Source: Nitrospirota bacterium (GTDB lineage Bacteria; Nitrospirota; UBA9217). Taken from it: a DNA stretch of 43,643 nucleotides. Every line of letters starts with the position of its first letter. Position 1 is the stretch's first letter. Position numbers and translations under genes: made by a program. Shown one piece after another: positions 8,235-17,354 of the stretch. The notes under the pieces were generated by a model, which was given only the letters and a program-made list of their open reading frames with translations, ran no database searches and was not told the origin of the DNA. The stretch is taken from assembly GCA_029858565.1 (NCBI GenBank), contig JAOUEV010000028.1, positions 1 through 43,643 on the forward strand, in the 5' to 3' direction.

Positions 8235-10628
8235 ATGAGAAAGCTCATAGGCATTGTCGTACTGCTCGGGCTGCTGATCGTCCTGGCGGTCCTCATCGTG
8301 TCGCGGGGTGACCGTGAGCAAACGGACCGTGTCCCGAAGGACGCAACAAAGGCGCTGGCAAGCCCTGTGGTCGCGATTTCCGCTGCAGGCAACCGCGCGG
8401 TCGCGCGCAAGGCCGACGGGTCGGTCTGGGTCTGGGGCGGCCCCCTTCAGGACACGGGGTTCGCTTACCCGGGGGCCAGCGGTGAACCCCGGCTGCTGAA
8501 TGATGCCGGCATCGCGGCAGACGCGATCGCAGGTCCTTACGGCCTTCTGCTCAGAAAAACGGACAGCACGCTGTGGGAGCGGAGCAGGCGAACCGGCGGT
8601 AAAGCGGTGCAGATGGCCGGTCCGGTGAGATCTGCAGCGGCAGGGGAACAACATGCTGCCGCAGTCACGGAAGACGGCAGGGTCCTGACCTGGGGAGAGA
8701 ACGCTTTAGGCCAGCTCGGCCGGGGGGTGCGAGATGACGGCGCTGCTCCGGAACCGGTGACCGACAGTGCGGGCATGCCGCTTACGGGCATTATCGCGGT
8801 CGCGGCCGGCGCGGGCCATACGCTCGCCCTCAGGAACGACGGGACCATTATGGCATGGGGCGCCAATGGATCAGGCCAGCTGGGCGACGGCTCGGTGATG
8901 AACCGCATGGTGCCGGTCCCTGTCCCGGGGCCGGCCGACATCATCGCCATTTCCTGCGGATACGCCCACTCGCTCGCGGTCGCGCGGGACGGGACGGTCT
9001 GGGCGTGGGGCGCGAACGAATCAGGACAGCTCGGCGACGGCACCTATGACCTCCGGCTGACACCGGTCCGTGTGGCGCAGCTGACCGAGGTGCGTCAGGT
9101 CGCGGCGGGTCTCAAGCACAGCGCTGCTGTGCGGAAGGACGGCACGGTCTGGACCTGGGGCGGGAACCGTCAGGGCCAGCTCGGCATCGAAGGTCCGATG
9201 ATGAGTCCCCTGCCGCGGCAGGTGGCTGAGCTGGCGAACGTCGCGATGGTGGCTTGCGGGGCGGAGTTCTCCGCGGCATTGAAGGACGACGGGTCCGTGT
9301 GGGCCTGGGGTGACAACCGGTCGTTCCAGATGGGAGCGGGCCATCGGTCACATCGAACGATCCCGGTGCAGGTCGCTGCGTTCGGCCCGGTCCGCGATGG
9401 AGGCGATGAATATTCCCGAACGCGGTACGAGCGTTCTCCGGCAGTTCCCGGTGTCGGCCTTGCGGCGCAGGATATAGCGGCCGGCGGATATCACAATCTG
9501 GCGATCGTCAGCAACGGCAGGGTCCTTGCCTGGGGCCGGAATCATCATGGCCAGCTCGGCGACGGGACGACTTTGGGCAGCGCGGTCCCGGTCGCGGTGA
9601 CAGGCCTGAGCGATGTAGCGGCGATCGCCGGCGGGGGTCAACATTCAGCTGCACTGAAAAAGGACGGCACGGTCTGGACCTGGGGCGGGAACCGCTATGG
9701 TCAGCTCGGGAACGGAACGCGCCAGGATTCCGCAGTGCCCGTGGCGGTCAGCGGCCTTGACAACGTGAAAGCGGTCTCGGCGGGCTGGTCGCATACCCTC
9801 GCGATAGGCAAGGACGGCACGGTCTGGGCGTGGGGCGATAATTATTACGATCAGCTCGGCAACGGGACCGGGGCGAGCTCGGACCTGCCCCTGCAGGTGC
9901 CGGGTCTGCAGAACGCGATCGCGGTCTCCGCGGGCCGGTATCACAGTGCCGCGCTGACCAGCGACGGGTCCCTGTGGGTCTGGGGCGCGAACGATGCCGG
10001 TCAGCTCGGTCCCGGGATCACGGAACGGGCAGTCACGCCCGTCCGGGTCCAGGCACTCGCGCGGATCGCGGCCGTCGCTGCCTGTGATCACCACACGCTT
10101 GCCCTGACCGGCTGGAACGGAAGGGTGCTGTCCTGGGGCGGCAATGAATACGGTCAGCTGGGACATGGGGCGGTGAGCCGGTCCCTCCCGAACGTGGGCG
10201 CTGACCCTCCGCGGCTGTATATCTCGATCGTCAGCGGAGGGTCCCCTCCCGAGTCCCTGATCAATGAGCTTGCGGTCAGGCTCAGCGGCCGGCCCTACAT
10301 CCAGAGCGGCGCGGGGGAGGGATCGCTCACGGCCATCGTCGGCATGGCCTGCGGCGGAGACCATGGCGTCGCGCGCGGGAACGGCGGCCCGGTCTATTCC
10401 TGGGGCAGGAACAACTTCGGTCAGCTTGGCAGCGGTTATCCCTGGGAGGATTCCGGACTTGCCGGCGCGGTTCCGCAGGTCATGGCCAAGGCGGTTGCCG
10501 CAGGATATGAACATTCGATCGCCCTGCTCGAGAATGGATCGGTCGTTGCCTGGGGAAGCAACGAGTACGGACAGCTGGGGGATGCCACGCGGGACGACGT
10601 CAGGGACCGTCCTGTCACTGTCAGGTAG
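8235..10628 (+). CDS. Membrane-anchored RCC1/BLIP-II repeat protein with 14 blades (two 7-bladed propellers) (797 aa)
   Basis: SD AGGAGG; N-terminal hydrophobic helix; repeated (I/V)AAG-x-HSxA-xx-DGTVWxWG-x-N-xx-GQLG units of ~50 aa. Confidence 0.9.
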   Translation: MRKLIGIVVLLGLLIVLAVLIVSRGDREQTDRVPKDATKALASPVVAISAAGNRAVARKADGSVWVWGGPLQDTGFAYPGASGEPRLLNDAGIAADAIAGPYGLLLRKTDSTLWERSRRTGGKAVQMAGPVRSAAAGEQHAAAVTEDGRVLTWGENALGQLGRGVRDDGAAPEPVTDSAGMPLTGIIAVAAGAGHTLALRNDGTIMAWGANGSGQLGDGSVMNRMVPVPVPGPADIIAISCGYAHSLAVARDGTVWAWGANESGQLGDGTYDLRLTPVRVAQLTEVRQVAAGLKHSAAVRKDGTVWTWGGNRQGQLGIEGPMMSPLPRQVAELANVAMVACGAEFSAALKDDGSVWAWGDNRSFQMGAGHRSHRTIPVQVAAFGPVRDGGDEYSRTRYERSPAVPGVGLAAQDIAAGGYHNLAIVSNGRVLAWGRNHHGQLGDGTTLGSAVPVAVTGLSDVAAIAGGGQHSAALKKDGTVWTWGGNRYGQLGNGTRQDSAVPVAVSGLDNVKAVSAGWSHTLAIGKDGTVWAWGDNYYDQLGNGTGASSDLPLQVPGLQNAIAVSAGRYHSAALTSDGSLWVWGANDAGQLGPGITERAVTPVRVQALARIAAVAACDHHTLALTGWNGRVLSWGGNEYGQLGHGAVSRSLPNVGADPPRLYISIVSGGSPPESLINELAVRLSGRPYIQSGAGEGSLTAIVGMACGGDHGVARGNGGPVYSWGRNNFGQLGSGYPWEDSGLAGAVPQVMAKAVAAGYEHSIALLENGSVVAWGSNEYGQLGDATRDDVRDRPVTVR

Positions 10629-10662
10629 TTCCCGGGAAAGAGACACTGCTCCAGGAGGGGAC

Positions 10663-13600
10663 ATGAAACAGCTGCTGATCATCATCGTCGTCATCGCGCT
10701 TATCGCAATCGCGGGCGTCACGTTCCTTCCCCGGCTGTTCACCTCCGTGCCCGATGCTGCATCCGGTCCGGCCGTGCTGAGCGGTGTCGGTGCCGCGGCA
10801 GCCGGGTTCGGTCACACACTGGCGGTGAAGGTCGACCGCACGGTCTGGGCATGGGGCAGGAACGATCTCGGCCAGCTGGGCGACGGGACCACCGCTGACC
10901 GGACCACGGCCCGGCAGGTAGCGGGGATCAGCGGGATCACGGCAATAGCCGCCGGAGAAGGACACAGTTTGGCGCTCACGGCCGAGGGGACCGTTGTTGC
11001 CTGGGGCGGCAATGAGCACGGCCAGCTCGGAGACGAAGAGACGCTGCAGCGGTCCCTGCCGCGCGAGATAGACGGCCTGCTCTCGGTGACCGCGATCGCC
11101 GCAGGCGAGAACCACTCTCTGGCGCTCAAGAGCGACGGAACCGTGATCGCCTGGGGGAGCAACGAGTCAGGGCAGCTCGGCGACGGGACGAAGGAGTCGC
11201 GCGGTGTGCTTCGCCCGGTTCCGGGGGTCGCGTCCGTATCTGCCATTGCCAGCGGACGGGGCCACGTGGCCGCGGCGCTGCAGGACGGCACGGTCCTCAC
11301 CTGGGGCGCGAACAACGCTGGCCAGCTCGGCGACGGATCGACCAGGGAAAGGAATTCCCCGGCTCCGGTCAGCGGTCTTGCCGGCATCACCGCCGTGGCC
11401 TGCGGCCATGACCACACGCTCGCTCTCCGGTCCGACGGCACGGTCTGGGCCTGGGGCGCCAACGACGCGGGCCAGATCGGCGACGGGACCACGGAAATGC
11501 GGCAGCGGCCCGTGCAGGTTCCGGGCCTGGAGGGAGCGGTCGCCCTTGCCGCCGGACACCGCCACTCCCTCGCGCTGCTGGGGAACGGTGATGTGCGGAT
11601 CTGGGGATCGAACTTCCATTATCAGCAGGCGCGGCGGTTCGGGGCCATGCAGCCCCAGCCGCAGACGGTCGCTTCGCTGGACAGCGGCGTCGCGGCCATC
11701 GCGTCGGGCGCGTATCACGTTCTGGCGGTGGATGGCGCGGGAACACTGCGGTCCTGGGGCTTTAATCACTACGGCCAGCTGGGCGACGCAACGCTCGACT
11801 ATCGCTCCGCGCCGGTGCAGACGCTCGCGTCCGCAGGAGGGCCGGCGCCTGTTCAAAAGCCCGGAGCAGGCCAGGCGTCGGCAAAGGATTCGGCGATCAT
11901 TGATTTAGCCGCGGGGAGGTCCCATTCAGCGGCCCTCAAGGGCGACGGGACCGTCTGGACCTGGGGGGACAATTTTCACGGCCAGCTGGGCGACGGCGCA
12001 CGCCGCACCATCAGACCGCGGCCACAGCTTGCACAGAACCTCTACCAGGTGAAGGCGATAGCGGCAGGGAACAATATCACCCTCGCGCTCAGGCAGGACG
12101 GCACGGTCTGGGCATGGGGCAATAACGAGAACCGCCAGCTCGGCGATGGATCAAAAGCACAGAGCCGGGCGCTTCCCGTGCAGGTCCAGGGCCTCACGGA
12201 CGTGATCACCCTTGCCTCGAGCGGCAATGTTTCGCTGGCCCTTCGTTCCGACGGCACGGTCTGGACCTGGGGGCTCGCGTTCAACGGGGCCGGCGCCAAC
12301 GCAGCGCCGCAGACGCCGGCGAAAGTAGCGGGGGTCGGACCTGCCGCGGCCATTGCCGCAGGCCATGACCATTTCCTCGTCCTGTGCAGGGACGGCACGG
12401 TCTGGGCCTGGGGCAAGAACGAGTTCGGCCAGGTCGGAGACGGCAGCACTGTGGAACGGCGCGGTCCGGTCAGCGTCGCCGGGTTGACGGACGTTGCGGC
12501 GATCGCCGCGGGCGGCAAGCACAGCGTGGCGCTCAAAAAGGACGGGACCGTTTGGGCATGGGGCCTGGTGCGGGCGATGCGGACGAAGAACTACCTGGAA
12601 GCGTGCAGTCCGTCTCCCGCGGCGATCGCGGGGCTGCAGGATATCACCGCTATAGCGGCTGGAGACGGTCACACGATCGCGCTCAAAAAGGACGGAACCA
12701 TCTGGGGCTGGGGCCGCGGATCTCAGAGCCAGCTGGGAGGCAGGGTGGCGACAATGACCGACACGGTCGTCCAGGTCACCGATCTGACAGGCGTGGCACG
12801 GATCGCCGCGGGATGGGACCACAATCTGGCGATGCTGATGAACGGAACGCTGGTGACCTGGGGATATAACGAATACGGCCAAACGGGCGATGGGAGCCAG
12901 GGACTGACCGAGCACGGGTCCAAGACGTTCAATAAGAGCGTTCTCGGAAAGAGGACTCCCGGTCCTGTTGCGTGGTCTGTGCCAGCCGCCCCCCAGGGAG
13001 ACCGGCCGAAGCGGTCGGTCAAGACCGTCTCCCTGGGCGGGACCCACTCGGGGATCCTGATGGATGACGGCACGGTCTGGGTCTGGGGGGATAATTCGTA
13101 CCAGCAGCTGGGCGGGCGCGCGGATATCACCACCCCGGACGGCAAACTGCTGTCAGCGGTCTTCCACAAGGAGAAGCCATTTCCCATGGTCGGGCTGAGC
13201 AGCATCATCGCGATCGACATGGGCATGTTCCATTCCCTGGTCCTGCGCAACGACCGGACCGTGGCCCAGTGGGGCAGGAGCTATGACGATTCGGCCTATG
13301 AACAGAAGATCGACTCCTTCGGCCTTAGCGAGCGGATCGCTCATGACCGGAGCATGAGCAGCGGCAGGGGGAAGCCTGCGGCGGCCATGAGCGGGGTCGT
13401 GGGCGAACTGACCGACGTGGCGGCGGTCAGCGCCGGCGCCGGGTTCTCACTGGCCCTCAGGCAGGACGGCACGGTCTGGGCATGGGGCGTGAACAGCTAT
13501 GGCCAGCTGGGCGACGGAACGACGGCGCACCGAAAAGTGCCCAAGCCGGTGCAGGAGCTGTCCGGGATCACCGCCATTGCGGCGGGGGGGAACTATGCCG

Positions 13601-14139
13601 TCGCCCTGGCGAACGACGGATCGGTGTGGGGCTGGGGGCTGACCTCGTACCGGAAATCAGGGGGGAAAATGTTCCCGCAGGCGTCTGTGAAGCCCCTTCG
13701 CATCGCAGGTCTGGCCGGCGTGATCGCCGTAGCAGCCGCGGGAGAGCCCCTGGCGCTCATGGCCGATGGAACCGTCTGGTCCTGCTGGACCTGGCAGCGG
13801 GAAGATCCCCTGGCATTCGGCCCGGCCCCGATCGCGGGACTGGAGAACATCACGGAGATCTCATCGGAAGGAAACCATACCGTCGCGCTCGGCAGGAGCG
13901 GGGTCTATGAGATGAACGGATACCGCACGATCGCGAAGGACGGGAACATGACGACAACGCGCCATATCGCGGCTGTCGAGGAAGCCGATGGCGCAGAGCA
14001 TGTGGCCGCCGGCGCATCCCATGGAATGCTGCTGAAGCGGGACGGCACAGTCTGGGCATGGGGGGACAACGAATTCGGCCAACTGGGAGACAAGACCGAG
14101 CATGACAGCATGTATCCGCTGCTGATCCGGATCCCCTGA
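10663..14139 (+). CDS. Membrane-anchored RCC1/BLIP-II repeat protein with 21 blades (three 7-bladed propellers) (1158 aa)
   Basis: SD AGGAGG before ATG 10663 (MKQLLIIIVVIALIAIAG); 21 RCC1-type units counted in three groups of 7 separated by Pro/Ala/Gly linkers. Confidence 0.9.
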   Translation: MKQLLIIIVVIALIAIAGVTFLPRLFTSVPDAASGPAVLSGVGAAAAGFGHTLAVKVDRTVWAWGRNDLGQLGDGTTADRTTARQVAGISGITAIAAGEGHSLALTAEGTVVAWGGNEHGQLGDEETLQRSLPREIDGLLSVTAIAAGENHSLALKSDGTVIAWGSNESGQLGDGTKESRGVLRPVPGVASVSAIASGRGHVAAALQDGTVLTWGANNAGQLGDGSTRERNSPAPVSGLAGITAVACGHDHTLALRSDGTVWAWGANDAGQIGDGTTEMRQRPVQVPGLEGAVALAAGHRHSLALLGNGDVRIWGSNFHYQQARRFGAMQPQPQTVASLDSGVAAIASGAYHVLAVDGAGTLRSWGFNHYGQLGDATLDYRSAPVQTLASAGGPAPVQKPGAGQASAKDSAIIDLAAGRSHSAALKGDGTVWTWGDNFHGQLGDGARRTIRPRPQLAQNLYQVKAIAAGNNITLALRQDGTVWAWGNNENRQLGDGSKAQSRALPVQVQGLTDVITLASSGNVSLALRSDGTVWTWGLAFNGAGANAAPQTPAKVAGVGPAAAIAAGHDHFLVLCRDGTVWAWGKNEFGQVGDGSTVERRGPVSVAGLTDVAAIAAGGKHSVALKKDGTVWAWGLVRAMRTKNYLEACSPSPAAIAGLQDITAIAAGDGHTIALKKDGTIWGWGRGSQSQLGGRVATMTDTVVQVTDLTGVARIAAGWDHNLAMLMNGTLVTWGYNEYGQTGDGSQGLTEHGSKTFNKSVLGKRTPGPVAWSVPAAPQGDRPKRSVKTVSLGGTHSGILMDDGTVWVWGDNSYQQLGGRADITTPDGKLLSAVFHKEKPFPMVGLSSIIAIDMGMFHSLVLRNDRTVAQWGRSYDDSAYEQKIDSFGLSERIAHDRSMSSGRGKPAAAMSGVVGELTDVAAVSAGAGFSLALRQDGTVWAWGVNSYGQLGDGTTAHRKVPKPVQELSGITAIAAGGNYAVALANDGSVWGWGLTSYRKSGGKMFPQASVKPLRIAGLAGVIAVAAAGEPLALMADGTVWSCWTWQREDPLAFGPAPIAGLENITEISSEGNHTVALGRSGVYEMNGYRTIAKDGNMTTTRHIAAVEEADGAEHVAAGASHGMLLKRDGTVWAWGDNEFGQLGDKTEHDSMYPLLIRIP

Positions 14140-14228
14140 TCCGCGCGAGAGACCAGGATCGTCCGCGATGGACCGCTCATGACGAAACTGATTTTGCTTT
14201 ATTTTGCGCTCCGGTCCTCCCTTTCAAG

Positions 14229-14258
14229 TTGACATCCTTTTGCGGCTTCTGCTATCAT
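14229..14258 (+). promoter_or_regulatory. Putative sigma70 promoter TTGACA-18-TATCAT (extended -10 TG)
   Basis: TTGACA 14229-14234, TATCAT 14253-14258, upstream of the nfeD-like gene. Confidence 0.6.
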
Positions 14259-14301
14259 CGTTTTCAATCGCGGTCACCACGACGCCTCACAGGAGGAATG
14301 C

Positions 14302-14883
14302 ATGAACGGAGCTTTTTCAAATCTTGCGGGCCTGGAAGTGTTCTTTCTTGCCTGCGCTGCAATCGGAGGCATCTTCGTACTTCTCCGGCTGATCATGCAG
14401 TTTCTCGGTGCCGATGCGGATACCGATCCGACAGCTGAAGCGCCGGTGGATGTGGACGTTCATCACACGGACTCCGACATCGGCTTCAAGTTCCTGTCGC
14501 TCCACGGCCTGACCGCTTTCTTCATGATGTTCGGGCTGGTGGGTTTCGCGCTCTTCCGCCAAAGCAACATGGGCCACCTGATCTCGATCCTCGGCGCCAT
14601 GGCGGCCGGTTTCGCCTCTGTCTGGATCATCGGCAGGATGTTCGCGATGATCGGAAAGCTCCAGTCGAGCGGCACGGTGTTGCTCAAGAATGCCGTTGGA
14701 TGCGAAGGCACCGTGTATCTGAACATTCCCGCCGGTGGAACCGGAAAGGTCATGATCACCGTGAATAACCGCCTGCGTGAGTACGAAGCCACGTCAAAGG
14801 ACGGGATGGAGCTCAAAACGGGATTACCAGTTCGGGTCGTTTCCGTGAGCGGAGACAGGCTGGTCGTGGAAAAGAGCGCCTAG
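14302..14883 (+). CDS. NfeD-like membrane protein, partner of flotillin (193 aa)
   Basis: Three TM segments, acidic/His linker, C-terminal OB-fold pattern G-x-EGTVYLNIP...GKV...LREYEA...LKTG..VRVV; directly upstream of an SPFH gene. Confidence 0.85.
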   Translation: MNGAFSNLAGLEVFFLACAAIGGIFVLLRLIMQFLGADADTDPTAEAPVDVDVHHTDSDIGFKFLSLHGLTAFFMMFGLVGFALFRQSNMGHLISILGAMAAGFASVWIIGRMFAMIGKLQSSGTVLLKNAVGCEGTVYLNIPAGGTGKVMITVNNRLREYEATSKDGMELKTGLPVRVVSVSGDRLVVEKSA

Positions 14884-14915
14884 TATGCCGATCCCGGGGA
14901 TAGGGTAACAACATT

Positions 14916-14999
14916 TAAACCTCGGATGCGCGAGGACAGCAATAAATCGTATCTTTCCTTGCCGTTACTCTCGGTGACCTCGGCGACCTCTGTGGTTTA
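14916..14999. repeat. Degenerate palindromic element with 9-nt periodic arm (CTCGGTGAC CTCGGCGAC CTCTGTGGT)
   Basis: Three 9-mers at 14970-14996; left arm TAAACCTCGG at 14916 is partly complementary to the right end. Confidence 0.55.
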
Positions 15000-15064
15000 G
15001 CGGTCTTCCGTTCTGTTCGCGTTTGAAATCCGATCCTGATATGCAGCATACGAAAGGAGTTGTC

Positions 15065-16615
15065 ATGTTCGACCTCTGGGCATTCCCAATAACCGCGTTC
15101 ATCATCCTGATCGTATCGACCGTCGTGTTCCTTGCCTCCCGCTATAAACGTTGTCCCTCGGACAAGATCCTGGTGATCTACGGAAAGGTGGGCGAAGGCC
15201 AGTCCGCCCGGTGCATCCACGGCGGCGGCACGCTGGTCTGGCCGCTGATCCAGGACTACTCCTACATGAGCCTCACGCCGATCACCATCGGCATTCCGCT
15301 CCAGAAGGCGCTGTCCATGCAGAACATCCGCATCAACGTGCCGAGCACCTTCACCATCGGCATCAGCACCGAACCGGCGATCATGAACAACGCGGCCGAA
15401 CGTCTCCTGAAACTGGACCAGTCCAGCGTCGAGGAAATGGCCAAGGAGATCATCTTCGGCCAGCTCAGGCTCACGGTCGCCTCGCTCACCATCGAGCAGA
15501 TCAACCAGGACCGCGAAAGCTTCCTGGAGTCGATCCGGAAGAACGTTACTCCGGAGCTGAACAAGATCGGACTGTACCTGATCAACGTGAACATCACGGA
15601 TATCACCGACGAATCGGGCTATATCGACAGTATCGGGAAAAAAGCCGCGGCCGAGGCCATCAACCAGGCAAAGATCGACGTTGCCGTGCAGGATAAGCTG
15701 GGATCCATCGGCCATGCCGAGGCGACCCGTGAGCGGGACGTGCGGGTTGCGGAGAACGTGGCGTCGGCGGAAAAGGGCAAGAAGAAGGCCGAGGCTGACC
15801 AGCGCGTGTTCGTGCAGCAGCAGGAGACGTCGGCGACGATCGGCGAGGCCGAGGCGATCCGGGACAAGGACATCCGCGTGGCCGAGAACGTCGCCCAGTC
15901 GGAGAAGGGCAAGAAGAAGGCCGAGGCTGACCAGCGCGTCTTTGTGCAGCAGCAGGAAGCGGGTGCGGTAAAAGGCGAGAACGACGCCAAGGCAGACATC
16001 GCCGCGACAAACGCCGAACTTGCGGTCAAGCAGGCGGAAGCTCTCCAGAAGGGCGAGGTCGCGCGGCTCGATGCGCAGGTGGAGATACAGAAGGCCCAGT
16101 ACCGGGCCGAGCAGGAGCGGCTGACCGCCGAGGAAGTGGTGGTGTCCGAGATCGACAAGCGGAAGATCGAGATCGCGGCAGAGGCCGAAGCCGAGAAGGT
16201 CCGGCGCGAGGCCAAGGGTACGGCTGACGCCATCCTGATGAAATACGAAGCCGAGGCAAAGGGCATCCGGCAGGTGCTCGAAAGCAAGGCCCAGGGCTAC
16301 CAGAACCTGATCAAGAGCTGCAACGGCGACGCGCGCGCGGCAGCGACGCTGCTCATGACCGAGAAGATCGAAGAGATCGTGAAGCTCCAGATCGAGGCGA
16401 TCAAGAACATCAAGATCGACAAGGTGACGGTCTGGGACGGAGGCAAGGACGGCAACGGCGGCACGGCAACGTCCAACTTCATGTCCGGCCTGATCCGGAG
16501 CCTGCCGCCGCTTCACGATGTCGCGAAGATGGCGGGCATCGAACTGCCGCAGTACCTGGGGAATATTTCGGAAGAGAAAGGCAAGGAAAAGAGCGCGGGG
16601 AAAGAGAACGCGTAG
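15065..16615 (+). CDS. Flotillin / SPFH-domain protein (516 aa)
   Basis: SD AAAGGAG; N-terminal TM; RYKRCPSDKILVIYG, GGGTLVWPLIQ, GQLRLTVASLTIEQIN SPFH domain; AEA-rich coiled coil; KIDKVTVWDGG. Confidence 0.95.
   Translation: MFDLWAFPITAFIILIVSTVVFLASRYKRCPSDKILVIYGKVGEGQSARCIHGGGTLVWPLIQDYSYMSLTPITIGIPLQKALSMQNIRINVPSTFTIGISTEPAIMNNAAERLLKLDQSSVEEMAKEIIFGQLRLTVASLTIEQINQDRESFLESIRKNVTPELNKIGLYLINVNITDITDESGYIDSIGKKAAAEAINQAKIDVAVQDKLGSIGHAEATRERDVRVAENVASAEKGKKKAEADQRVFVQQQETSATIGEAEAIRDKDIRVAENVAQSEKGKKKAEADQRVFVQQQEAGAVKGENDAKADIAATNAELAVKQAEALQKGEVARLDAQVEIQKAQYRAEQERLTAEEVVVSEIDKRKIEIAAEAEAEKVRREAKGTADAILMKYEAEAKGIRQVLESKAQGYQNLIKSCNGDARAAATLLMTEKIEEIVKLQIEAIKNIKIDKVTVWDGGKDGNGGTATSNFMSGLIRSLPPLHDVAKMAGIELPQYLGNISEEKGKEKSAGKENA
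15707..15970 (+). repeat. In-frame 132-nt (44 aa) tandem duplication in the flotillin coiled coil
   Basis: IGHAEATRERDVRVAENVASAEKGKKKAEADQRVFVQQQE versus IGEAEAIRDKDIRVAENVAQSEKGKKKAEADQRVFVQQQE; units start at 15707 and 15839. Confidence 0.9.
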
Positions 16616-16635
16616 ATGATGATTTGTTCGGTCGT

Positions 16636-16675
16636 AAACGGGCTGGTCGCATTATGCGGTCAGCCCGTTTTTTTT
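16636..16675 (+). terminator. Intrinsic terminator of nfeD-flotillin
   Basis: Stem AAACGGGCTG...CAGCCCGTTT with inner pairing, ending in a T8 run. Confidence 0.88.
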
Positions 16676-16713
16676 GGAAGGAACAGAGCCGTCCCCAAGA
16701 GCCGTCCCGAGGA

Positions 16714-16742
16714 TTGACAAAGCGTACGTAATTGCGTACTAT
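16714..16742 (+). promoter_or_regulatory. yefM-yoeB promoter TTGACA-17-TACTAT with operator palindrome GTACG-N6-CGTAC
   Basis: TTGACA 16714-16719, TACTAT 16737-16742; GTAC cores at 16724 and 16736, 12 bp apart. Confidence 0.8.
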
Positions 16743-16762
16743 AATAGCAGTGAGGTGCTGAA

Positions 16763-17005
16763 ATGAAGACAGTCGCAGTTACTAAAGCCCGGGCATCGTG
16801 GTACGCGCTCGTGGACGAGGCCGCAGAGTCCCATGCGCCGATCAAGATCACGGGAAAGCGCCATAATGCCGTGCTGGTGAGCGAAGAGGACTGGCGGGCG
16901 ATCGAGGAAACGCTCTATCTGCTCTCGATCCCCGGCATGCGGGAGTCCATCCGGGTCGGGTTGAAAACGCCGGTCAAGAAGTGCTCGGGGAAGCTCGCCT
17001 GGTGA
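16763..17005 (+). CDS. yefM: Phd/YefM family antitoxin (80 aa)
   Basis: KARASWYALVDE...PIKITGKRHNAVLVSEEDWRAIEETLYLLSIPGMRESI; SD GAGGTG. Confidence 0.93.
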   Translation: MKTVAVTKARASWYALVDEAAESHAPIKITGKRHNAVLVSEEDWRAIEETLYLLSIPGMRESIRVGLKTPVKKCSGKLAW

Positions 17006-17265
17006 GCTGGAAGCTCGTGTACACGCCGCAGGCGCAGAAGGACGCGAAGAAGCTGACGCGGTCCGGATTGAAGGAACAGGCGCAGCGGATCATTGCCATC
17101 ATCGAACAGAACCCTTTCGAGCCGCATCCTCCCTTTGAAAAGCTCGTCGGCGATCTTGCCGGAGCTTACTCCCGCAGGATCAATATTCAGCATCGCGTGG
17201 TCTATCAAGTGCTCAAAAAGGAGCGGATCGTCAAGATCCTGCGCCTATGGACGCATTATGAATAG
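17002..17265 (+). CDS. yoeB: Txe/YoeB family mRNA interferase toxin (87 aa)
   Basis: GTGA overlap with the yefM stop; PPFEKLVGDLAGAYSRRINIQHRVVY...LWTHYE. Confidence 0.93.
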   Translation: MSWKLVYTPQAQKDAKKLTRSGLKEQAQRIIAIIEQNPFEPHPPFEKLVGDLAGAYSRRINIQHRVVYQVLKKERIVKILRLWTHYE

Positions 17266-17354
17266 ATGTCAACAAAATCGGAAGTCACCTCCTGCTCGAT
17301 GCAGCATGTCTGACAGGGATTGAGAGCCAGGAATGCTGCATATCCGCTACTTAG

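Noticed and set aside
10264-10662. Extension of the second RCC1 ORF overlapping the first, suggesting a frameshift fusion
   Set aside because: Second gene has its own SD and membrane anchor at 10663, the first ends after a complete 14th blade, and no slippery site was seen
8235-14139. Recurring DNA motif GACGGCACGGTCTGG at ~150-nt spacing as a CRISPR array or DGR template
   Set aside because: Repeats are in-frame protein blades with synonymous variation; no cas or reverse transcriptase gene; no adenine-specific TR/VR pair seen
14915-16516. 533-aa minus-strand ORF with an internal repeat
   Set aside because: Mirror of flotillin, including its 132-nt duplication
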